Shown in pieces: positions 47,670 through 56,329 of a stretch of 64,000 nucleotides of DNA (within the stretch, counting starts at the first letter, position 1; every line of letters starts with the position of its first letter). This DNA comes from a virus. The stretch spans positions 7,704 through 71,703 of IMG/VR virus record IMGVR_UViG_3300042458_000756; one strand, 5' to 3'. Under the pieces are notes generated by a model. It was not told the origin of the DNA and made no database searches. It saw nothing but the letters and a program-made list of their open reading frames with translations. Position numbers and translations under genes: made by a program.

Positions 47670-48319
47670 GCACAGACCTAGTATCAACCAAGTATACATT
47701 TGCCTGCGACCCAGATGAATGTGATTGTTTAATCGAACTAACATCATCTGACGGATTTGGATTCCCGTCGGGTGTGATGCAAATCACTTGCCCGTGTGGC
47801 CGTAAGCCAGTCTTATTGTCAGCGGTCACTGCTACAATTGCTCCAACAAACCAAACGAAAGAGGAAACAATGGAACCAACTACAACACCAATCCCTGAGT
47901 CATATAACTCTAATCTATTGGTAACCTACAAAGTAATCCGTGGCTATTCAGATGCAGAATATGCAACTGATAAAGTTACATCTATTGAGTGGGACTTACA
48001 CAATGGACGCCAAGCACAAAAGCAAGCAAATCTTTATTTGTCTAAGATTGACACAGTTAAAGATATTATCACTGAAGCATATGCCGATTCAGATGACCAA
48101 GAAACACTTCGTTCAATTGCTGAAGCGCTTGACATTCCATTGACACGAACAGTTGAGTGGTCTGCATCTGTTGAGGTTAGCGGAACCATTGAATTAGATT
48201 TGCTTTCTGATTATGACACTGACATTGAGTCAGAGATTACAGATGCTCTTTATGTTGAAGCACAGAACGGCAACATTGAAATTGTTGACCAAGAAGTATG
48301 TAATGTGCGTGAGAACTAA
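47666..48319 (+). CDS. Hypothetical protein with N-terminal Cys cluster; internal start at 47870 likely
   Basis: CDPDECDC...CPCG; leaderless start; internal promoter and RBS. Confidence 0.65.
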   Translation: MSTDLVSTKYTFACDPDECDCLIELTSSDGFGFPSGVMQITCPCGRKPVLLSAVTATIAPTNQTKEETMEPTTTPIPESYNSNLLVTYKVIRGYSDAEYATDKVTSIEWDLHNGRQAQKQANLYLSKIDTVKDIITEAYADSDDQETLRSIAEALDIPLTRTVEWSASVEVSGTIELDLLSDYDTDIESEITDALYVEAQNGNIEIVDQEVCNVREN

Positions 48320-49229
48320 TGTACTTTGAGTTGACCGCTCCCGATAGGCTATCTCTTGAGATGGCTTATTGGGATGCACAAATCACAGGGCTCGACCCTG
48401 AATTTATGCCGCCATTGACATTCAACATTGGAACTGGTAGTATTGAGAAAGTTAGTCGCATTCGTGATAAGTATAATTTAAAAGAATCGTACTGGTCAGA
48501 AAAAGAATCGACAGGATACTAGGAGATAAAATGTCAGATTATAAAGATGGATTTCAAGACGGGTACAAGTTTGCTCGTGAAGAACTAATGGAAAAGTTGT
48601 CAGAGATTGACATCGCTGACATTGACTCTTGGATCCTTGACCGTCTTTCAGAAATGATTGAGGGTGGCAACCTGTGATGGCTGAATGGCTTAAGTGTGAT
48701 CAGTGTGCAGCTCAGGCAATGTGGGAAGCAAAGAAAGACACGATGTCTCTTTATTTTTGTGGACATCATAAGAATGAACAAGGCGAGCCCCTTGTGGACT
48801 GGGCCGAAGAAATGGTACAATTACTCAACTACGAGCAACAACTAACAAAGGCGGAATAAAATGGGCGACAGAGCAAACTTTGGTTTCAGAGATTCCAAGG
48901 AAAATATTGTATTTCTATATGGACACTGGGCAGGGCACCGTATGCTAGAGAATTTAGCGGACGCCGTGCAGATTGCACATCCACGTTGGAATGACGAGGC
49001 ATATGCAACACGTATTGCTATCAGTCAAATGATTGGTGATGAATGGCCTAGCGAAACAGGCTGGGGCATTAGCGTTAATGAATTGGCCGACAATGAGCAC
49101 AAGGTCCCTATTATTGATTGGAAGAATAAAACATTTACATTAATGGAAGAGGACCTGCAGACTGTAGTATTTAGCACAAGCCTTGAGGCATTCGTCGCTA
49201 AGTATTGTAGTCAACTAAGTATGGTATAA
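48319..49229 (+). other. Four small genes: 48319..48522, 48531..48677, 48674..48859 (CDQC..FCGHH Zn finger), 48861..49229 (MGDRANF..LYGHWAG)
   Basis: Coupled ORFs with RBSs. Confidence 0.7.
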
Positions 49230-49235
49230 TTAATC

Positions 49236-49397
49236 TAGGACCTTGGTCCTGGTTTTAATACAGAAATGAAATGGTGCGTCTAACTAGTCTACGGGCCAGG
49301 CGCTAAGTAAAGCGGTTTATTTCTTTCGTTGGAAATCAGCAGCCATATTCATTACCCCCTAGTCAGCTTCAACTCTGAGCCTAGGGGGAATTTTTTT
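49236..49397 (+). ncRNA. Candidate structured RNA (about 160 nt)
   Basis: TGGTATAAT at 49222-49230, several stems, terminator CCCCCTAG/CTAGGGGG plus T-run, no ORF of note. Confidence 0.4.
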
Positions 49398-49569
49398 GCC
49401 CGCAAGGGCGAGGGTAACATATCTCTTTTACGAGGTCAATAGCAAAACTCCTGAAAATTTGTGATCTTGACCACAAAGCTGAATAATGTGGGGTGTATCA
49501 CACCCAAAATCTATTCCAAATGTCAGTGGTCCATTGTATAATTGGAACATATCAACGAAAGGATATAAA

Positions 49570-50361
49570 ATGCCAAATTGGTGTTATAACACATTAACTA
49601 TCCAAGGACCTAAGTCTGAGGTAGATATGATTAAAGATAGATTGAATGCTCCATTTACATTAGCAATGGAGAATCACGGTATGGGTGATATCTCTTCTAT
49701 GGGTTTCCCCACCAAAATTAAACAGGTTGAATATAATAATCCTGTGTTTGCTTTTCATAACATCCACTCATATAAAGATGACGGCATTACTGATGAAGAA
49801 TATGCTTGCCAACCTAATCGTGGAGATATAGATATTCAGAATGACCCTGATTGGTTCCGCAAATCTATTGAGTTTGCTAAGACTCAAAAGGATTGGTATT
49901 CGTGGAACAATTCTAATTGGGGAACCAAGTGGGATGTTGCAGTATCAGATGATGAGAAGTATTCTAATACAGAACTACTTGAATATAAATCAGAAGGTGA
50001 TGACAACTGGCTTGTCTATAAATATGAAACTGCTTGGTCACCTGCTGTAACTATCTTAACTAAACTAAGTAATCTTGTTCCTAACTGCCTGCTTACATTA
50101 GAGTTTGAGGAAGAGACAGGCTGGGGTGGGGAATATGAGATTGTTCGTGGTGAAGTAAAAGAACTATTGGCATATGAGAACCGTTGCTATGCTTGCCAGT
50201 CTTTTGATTGTATTGACTATTGCGAGAATGACTGCGGTGAATTCTGCTCAGAATGCAATGAGGGCTCTTGGCAGGATGAGGTGGCTATGAAAGAATGTCA
50301 GACCCATATGGTATTATTACCTTTGAAAACCTACACACAGGAAGAGGCACTAAATGTCTAG
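49570..50361 (+). CDS. DUF1281/YubB ferredoxin-like family protein
   Basis: MPNWCYN.L.I.G, WYSWNNSNWGTKWD, YETAWSP, EE.G..G. Confidence 0.85.
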   Translation: MPNWCYNTLTIQGPKSEVDMIKDRLNAPFTLAMENHGMGDISSMGFPTKIKQVEYNNPVFAFHNIHSYKDDGITDEEYACQPNRGDIDIQNDPDWFRKSIEFAKTQKDWYSWNNSNWGTKWDVAVSDDEKYSNTELLEYKSEGDDNWLVYKYETAWSPAVTILTKLSNLVPNCLLTLEFEEETGWGGEYEIVRGEVKELLAYENRCYACQSFDCIDYCENDCGEFCSECNEGSWQDEVAMKECQTHMVLLPLKTYTQEEALNV

Positions 50362-52129
50362 TTTCTTAGAAAATGAAAATGAAATGTTGATTGACGCAAT
50401 CTTCTCTGAAATTGGAGAACAACTCGTTGAAGATTGGATGAACTCTAATTTAGATGAAGGGCAACTATATGCCGATTGGTGTGTTGCCGATATGTCTAAC
50501 AGCAATTATCTAAAAGGCAGGTTCAATCAGTTTCACAATTTAAGTCCAACAGATAATTACTACCTACAATGGGATGAGAACGCAGAATGACATACTATAA
50601 CTTCGTAATTAAATTACACGGTGCCGTTGGTGCTAATAGCGAAGAAGAAGCAATTGAAAAAATCAATGGACATCTTGATGACCTTGGTCAAGTAGAAAGT
50701 ATTATTAAGTATGACTTAGGTTGGCCTGAGACATCTTGGGAATTGGAGGAACAGTAATGCTAGGTTATACTGAATCCGATCTAAATAGAATGATTAATGC
50801 TATACACGATTCAAAGCTTTTCTATCTTAGGACCCCGTCCGATTTAATGGACAAGGAGCCTTTGAGGAAAGACTTGGAAGACGCTGTTAGTTTCTTGCAA
50901 GGTTTGTGGGCGGAGGGTTACTTTGACCACACAGACTAAATCATCATACTTCTTGGAGTATATGAAGTTACATCTAATTAGTCTTAACCAGGACTTAGAG
51001 GGTGATTATAATGTTCAATCTAAGATTAATATCCAGGGACAAATTATGGCAACCGAGCATTTATTGTCAGTGGCAACTGATATAATGAATAACTCTAACG
51101 AAAGGTATGAATAATGAATATAACATCTAGAGAAGTTACTTATCGTTCCGCCGTTGAACAAATATTTTTTGAGGACGGGACAGAATTAGTAATCACAGTC
51201 GGTGCTCCTGCCGAAGGCGGAGGAGATATCGATATCGAATATAACTGGGTAGACGGGAAGCCTGATTGGGCAGACTACTTAGATGAATCAACACTAGTGA
51301 ATTATGAGGTAATCTAATGAATCAAGAAGACATTGGTCTACCACCACATTTACAGCGTATGGTCAATGCTGGAGTATCGGGCCTTGACATTATGCACGGA
51401 GAACTAAAGAATCTAATGCTCATTGCTGAGCAAGACTTGGCAGACGCATTAGAACAAGAAACATTATCTGAAGAGGCAATGGATTCTATGGTCCGAACAG
51501 AATGTGAAGGGCGCCTAGATACTCTGGTAGAACTATATAATCTAACATACCAACTATCATTTGCTATAGGAGAAAGGCAGGGGCAAAAATGACTCATTAT
51601 GAGCCAAGCTTGGAAATCCTTGAAATGGAATACTCTTGCTCACCTGGAGGAGTAGATACATTTGAAGTGTATGATAAAACAGATATACCTTTGTCTGTTC
51701 CAATATATGAGACTGAATCTTTGACGGATGCTGTGCTCTACTGTTATAATTTAGGAAAAGACTTTACTGTCAAAACATTAGCGGAATGGAATGAAAGGGA
51801 GTTAGCATATGAAGCCTGAAGATAAAGATAAACTCAACGAATGTTTAGAGATTCTTGATTCCACCGACCTTGGATTATCCCTGGTTTGGCTATGGACTTG
51901 GTCTACCATTAACAACATCTTTGAGGATGAGACCTACAAGCAGAACTGCACCATAGACGAGATGTGGGACCACCTCTGTGAGGCCGTGGAGGCGGGCCAG
52001 GGCTTCTCTCTGGAGTACGGGGCGGAACAGCACAATGATGATGTACTTGAATGGATGATGAATCGTGAATACATTGTAGACACAATGTTTGAAGAAGAAG
52101 AGGAAGAAGACGAAGATGAAGATGAGTGA
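50354..52129 (+). other. Run of small acidic hypothetical genes (50354..50590, 50757..50939, 50923..51114, 51114..51317, 51317..51592, 51589..51819, 51809..52129)
   Basis: Tightly coupled co-oriented ORFs. Confidence 0.7.
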
Positions 52130-52370
52130 TCAGTACATCAATGATCAATTAAATACAGCACAAAAGCTTTTGTGGGGTGGATCCGAAACAGAAAATATTG
52201 AGGCCCATAACATCATTGCTAAATTAATTAAAGATCGTATTGAGCAAGTAAATCTTTCGTAGGGGCCAAATTCGGCGGTTACGATACAACTTAATAAACT
52301 CCTGAAAGCTATTTACAATTTCGTGAATAGTTGATATAATAAATAAAACATCTCTTGAAAGGGGATTCAA

Positions 52371-52520
52371 ATGACAACAAAGCGTGAATATCTAAAGCAG
52401 CAAGGCATTACAGTCGGTGTACGTGGGCGCTTCTCAGGAGCAGCCAAGGTAGCTCTAGCGGAAGCTGTAGCCAAGGGCGTTACATTTACTGCAGAGACTC
52501 CAGCCAAGAAGGCTAAGTAA
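52371..52520 (+). CDS. Lsr2 DNA-binding-domain-like small protein
   Basis: Not in track; MTTKREYLKQQGITVGVRGRFSGAAKVALAEAVAKG...; TTTACA-17-TATAAT promoter and GAAAGGGG RBS. Confidence 0.7.
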   Translation: MTTKREYLKQQGITVGVRGRFSGAAKVALAEAVAKGVTFTAETPAKKAK

Positions 52521-52605
52521 TCCAGGGTGGAGGTCGGGGCTTCGTTGGTCCTTGACCTCCTCTCTTATTTTTGGTACAATTGACAGTTAGGCGGAAGGCG
52601 GACAT

Positions 52606-52983
52606 ATGAGTAAGACACAAGAAATCAAAGTAGCAGAATCATTAGTTAATCTAATGGATGACCATTGGTTTAATCCAACTATCTTTGGTCGATATCTGGC
52701 GGAACAGCCAATCTATACAATTGACCGAGTTATGGAAATGATTGTTTCAGTAATTGCTGAGCAAGCAAAGATGTATGATGTATATTCAAATCAAGGTACA
52801 TATACAGAAGGTTTAAACTTAGCCAATGAACTAAATGAATGTATCAAAGCATACCAGCAAGATAACAACTTAGTTAATCTTAAGTTGCCGTCCCGTTCTT
52901 ACAAAGTAAAACGGGAAGAATCAAAAGAAAGAACATATCAATTTGGATGGCGGGAAGAGAAAGATCCATTCAGTCAACCATAA
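52606..52983 (+). CDS. Hypothetical protein
   Basis: 125-aa ORF, last of the plus-strand block. Confidence 0.7.
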   Translation: MSKTQEIKVAESLVNLMDDHWFNPTIFGRYLAEQPIYTIDRVMEMIVSVIAEQAKMYDVYSNQGTYTEGLNLANELNECIKAYQQDNNLVNLKLPSRSYKVKREESKERTYQFGWREEKDPFSQP

Positions 52984-53041
52984 GGCATATACAATGAATA
53001 GATGAATGCCTGGTTAGATAGATAAACATATCTAGCCCAAA

Positions 53042-53062
53042 TTATCCACAGGGTTATCCACA
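53042..53062 (+). promoter_or_regulatory. Pair of DnaA boxes (others at 43974, 43995, 45839, 45862)
   Basis: Exact TTATCCACA / TGTGGATAA matches. Confidence 0.7.
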
Positions 53063-53863
53063 TCCTGTGGATTTTTTGTGTGTGGGCATGAGGGCAACAT
53101 TTTGTATTTACGACAAGCTATTTTAAATCCCTGAAATTGTGGGCAAATTTTTCTATTTACGAAGGCTTGACAAAATCCCCTGAAAATGCTACACAATATG
53201 TCTAAATGATTAATTATACATATAGAATGTCGACAAATGTGTAGAGAATATGGCAGAATATGGCAAAATTCCTTGCATAATCTATTGACAAATATGGATC
53301 AATATGCTGCTATATATGGCTATTGACATTACGTTAAGTATATGGGATGCTCAATTACATATGTATGTTTAACTATATATAACTATAGTATATGATATGC
53401 TATCTATAGTATAAATTCTCCACTATGCTCCACTTTACTCCACTATATAAGCCTTCTAAGGGCTATATGAGGGGAGATAAATGGGAGGGGGATATAGGAG
53501 TTAGGAGCTAATTTATTGCAATTTGCTCTTGTTCTTAGATGGTCTTCTAGACCAATCTGGAGCTTTATGTGCAGTAGTTCCTCTAGATGTAGACTCTATT
53601 AGGGCTTTATTCTTATCTAATGCTTCTTGGGCATATTGAAGCTGTTGATCCCAATTGAACTTCCGTTTTTTTGCCATATCTATATTATACTATATTAGTA
53701 TAATTCTAGTCAACCATTATCTTACTGAGCATTCCAGACACACAAATGGGTCATCGTCAGCCTTATAAAACAGGATCTTGCATTCGCTGCATGCTACCTT
53801 ATATGGCTCTTTTTTAACAAACTTATTATATGATGATTCGAACTTATCCATTGATCTATTGTA

Positions 53864-54148
53864 TCATTTCTTGGGATTAGTTCGATTGAAGACATCTCTT
53901 AATAGTTCTATTGGTGAGGTTAGGACTTCTTCTTCCAGCCCGCCGTATTTGTGCAGAATCTTCAACAGGATCCCCGCTATGAATAGGTCATCTGCAAATG
54001 CCATCCAGGGAAATAGTATATCAAATGGGTCAATTGGAACAGATAGGTACATAACGCACAATATGGCTATGACCTTGATATGGATAGGGCATCTATCAAA
54101 TTGAGCCTTGTAAGGCTTAAATAAAGCATTTAGTCGTTGTTTTAACAT
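53864..54148 (-). CDS. DUF1232 (YkvA-like) membrane protein
   Basis: YLSVPIDPFDILFPWMAFADDL motif. Confidence 0.7.
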   Translation of the reverse strand: MLKQRLNALFKPYKAQFDRCPIHIKVIAILCVMYLSVPIDPFDILFPWMAFADDLFIAGILLKILHKYGGLEEEVLTSPIELLRDVFNRTNPKK

Positions 54149-54206
54149 GTAGCCTTATTGTAGCATTTAAGTCACGTAGTGACAATATGGTCTCTACTTT
54201 TCGACT

Positions 54207-54842
54207 TCACTTTTTTTCGACTTCAATTAGATCAAAATCTACAAATGTACCTCTATTTAGATACTCTATAGCTTTGCTGAGTATATTTACATCATCTCTC
54301 AGTAGCCCAATGCCACCATTACATCCACTACATAGAACGCCTCTGATGCATTTACCACAGATTGTCTTGCCATTACAGCATGAATGGTCATGATCAACGT
54401 TAAACTTGCCACCAGGAAACTCTAGGTTACAGATCAGGCATTTACCACCCTGTAGGGCAATTAAGGCCTCTATTTTTTCGTATGTAGTTCCATAGGTCCT
54501 CTTATATCGACTTCTACGAATTCTTTCTCTATTGCGCTTCCAGTCCTCTTCATTCCAATTTTCGTCTTTCCGCCTTCTAGCGTTTGCAGCTGCCCTATCC
54601 CTATGCTTCATCATCCATACATCATTTTGTTTTTGCTTATGATAGTCCTTCAGACCCCTAGCATTTTCATTGGTACGGCATCGCCATTCATGAGGATTTT
54701 TGCCCTTTTTAAATCGTTGCTGATGAAATACATACACAGCAATTGATGGCCCACAAACAGCGCATATCACTTCTTGTGTTTCGTGCAGGTCTCGATCTAA
54801 CCCTACAAATGAATGCTTAACTCTTCCGTTGCCTGTCCTCAT
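54207..54842 (-). CDS. Endonuclease VII-family nuclease (possible homing endonuclease)
   Basis: QGGKCLIC, VDHDH, IRGVLCSGCN..IG...DD...L..AIEYL. Confidence 0.88.
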   Translation of the reverse strand: MRTGNGRVKHSFVGLDRDLHETQEVICAVCGPSIAVYVFHQQRFKKGKNPHEWRCRTNENARGLKDYHKQKQNDVWMMKHRDRAAANARRRKDENWNEEDWKRNRERIRRSRYKRTYGTTYEKIEALIALQGGKCLICNLEFPGGKFNVDHDHSCCNGKTICGKCIRGVLCSGCNGGIGLLRDDVNILSKAIEYLNRGTFVDFDLIEVEKK

Positions 54843-54891
54843 ATAGTAATTATACTATATTGATATAGTTCTGGTCAACTACTTTATAGGG

Positions 54892-55236
54892 CTATTTCAT
54901 TGCTTTCTTGACTTTTTTTAGCGCTCTATGAAACTTTACGTATCTAATTGGATTCTTAAAAAATTTAAGTGGAAGCTTTACTTTTTTCTTTGTCATGCTA
55001 TCTCCTTGTAAGTGTATTTCATTTACTGGTTCTTTAGACCAGTGTATGTAAGATCTAATATAAACTGCTCCGTATGCTATTGCTGCAAGAATAAATCCGT
55101 ACTGCTCAGTAGTAATTGCATACACAGTCCATAGACATTCATTTACTAATAATACAAGCCAGGCCCATATGACTTTACGTCCTACAAAAAATGTTCCTGT
55201 TACGCCAATTGCTGCCAATACATATGACCACCACAT
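54892..55236 (-). CDS. Small membrane protein, PnuC-like half
   Basis: Three hydrophobic segments with W/G pattern; basic tail may be a fused second gene. Confidence 0.5.
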   Translation of the reverse strand: MWWSYVLAAIGVTGTFFVGRKVIWAWLVLLVNECLWTVYAITTEQYGFILAAIAYGAVYIRSYIHWSKEPVNEIHLQGDSMTKKKVKLPLKFFKNPIRYVKFHRALKKVKKAMK

Positions 55237-55248
55237 TACAGTTCTTCC

Positions 55249-55755
55249 TTATTCCTTTACGTCAAAGAAGAGGATAATGTTTGCTCGTTCCCCAACCAAA
55301 ATCTCATTAACTGAGTGCGGGTAGTTTTCATCACCCTTAAAATAAACTAATGTGCCTGGGTTTGGCTTATAAGGAGTTGGAATATTATTATCATAAAATA
55401 ATATCTCTCCGCCCTCATAGTCACCTGTAAGGTAAAGCAACGCAGAGTAGCCAATTACCCCATAGCCATCTACACCACCGTATGCATCGGTATGGTATCC
55501 AAGATCTTCGCCTTCACACAATACCTGATACAAAACTCTATTGATTGATATTCTGTCTTCTGGGAATCCAAATTCTTTTTGAATATTCTCAACAATTGAT
55601 TTAACTCTAACATAAACTTCATGGCTAGGATCAAATGGGTACAGCTGCTTACTAAGTCTTCCCATTGGGTTACGCTCAACTGTTGACCTTAAGAACATGT
55701 GAATTTCTTTGGCCGATTCTTCTGAAATAAAATTATCTACTACCGTTGGTTGCAT
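55249..55755 (-). CDS. 2OG-Fe(II) oxygenase
   Basis: HTD...YLTGDYEGGEI...YPHSV...ER. Confidence 0.88.
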   Translation of the reverse strand: MQPTVVDNFISEESAKEIHMFLRSTVERNPMGRLSKQLYPFDPSHEVYVRVKSIVENIQKEFGFPEDRISINRVLYQVLCEGEDLGYHTDAYGGVDGYGVIGYSALLYLTGDYEGGEILFYDNNIPTPYKPNPGTLVYFKGDENYPHSVNEILVGERANIILFFDVKE

Positions 55756-55832
55756 TTGAATTCCTCTTTTCTGTGTGAAGTACAAGTATATCATTTAATA
55801 TATTAAAGCAGTTAACTAAGCTACATCTAATA

Positions 55833-56063
55833 TTAAGCTTCAGGTGAAGGAGTCGGACCTTCGTTGTCAGGTTCGGAACCTGGAGTACTGCCGTTATACG
55901 AACCTGAAATATTCTTAGGAATAATTCGCTTAATTTCGTAGCAACAGATTGGGCACTCTCCGATGTGCAAACTATTACCTGAATCTAAGATAACCATTTC
56001 GGTTAACCTTCCTTCTACATTCTTATTACAAGGAACGCAGAAAGCACTCAACATTACTGTCAA
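55833..56063 (-). CDS. Small Zn-ribbon protein whose tail overlaps the tRNA
   Basis: FCVPC...GECPIC. Confidence 0.6.
   Translation of the reverse strand: MTVMLSAFCVPCNKNVEGRLTEMVILDSGNSLHIGECPICCYEIKRIIPKNISGSYNGSTPGSEPDNEGPTPSPEA
55838..55908 (-). tRNA. tRNA-Arg(CCG)-like, possibly degenerate
   Basis: TTCAGGT/ACCTGAA acceptor, GTAT/GTAC D-stem, CCAGG-TT CCG AA-CCTGA (one mismatch), GAAGG-TCCGACT-CCTTC (atypical T-loop). Confidence 0.65.
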
Positions 56064-56329
56064 TGAGCATCCGCTTCACGTAGCCATTGATCTTCCCATA
56101 AGCCCATTAATGATTCGTTACCAATATCATCAAAGTAATAACGCTTGGCGTTACTATTGTAAGTCCACCCGTACCATCTATCTCCTTCTGACCATGTTAG
56201 ATTAGTTGGTCCTTCTTTTTCATATTCCCACATTGATCTGTCTACAGATTGATATAATCTTACTTCATCGAATACTGCTTTGCGAAGTGGATCCCATCTA
56301 AATATTCTATTAACTAACCAATCAATCAT
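56060..56329 (-). CDS. Hypothetical Trp-rich protein
   Basis: Start at MIDWLV; ATGA coupling downstream. Confidence 0.55.
   Translation of the reverse strand: MIDWLVNRIFRWDPLRKAVFDEVRLYQSVDRSMWEYEKEGPTNLTWSEGDRWYGWTYNSNAKRYYFDDIGNESLMGLWEDQWLREADAH

Larger units (their letters stand above)
39334..51086 (+). promoter_or_regulatory. Family of about 16 promoters TGTC(A/G)G-N10-TANNNT
   Basis: Same spacing in all copies, each upstream of plus-strand genes; positions listed in findings. Confidence 0.8.
40446..53185 (+). repeat. Ten dispersed copies of GGG-N13-TTA(C)G-N16/17-CCTRRAA
   Basis: Starts at 40446, 41454, 42703, 43970, 45835, 47134, 49412, 52263, 53092, 53141. Confidence 0.85.

Noticed and set aside
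54892-55236. Novel PnuC-like fusion protein
   Set aside because: Internal AGGAG-ATG suggests two small genes joined by stop loss; no further support
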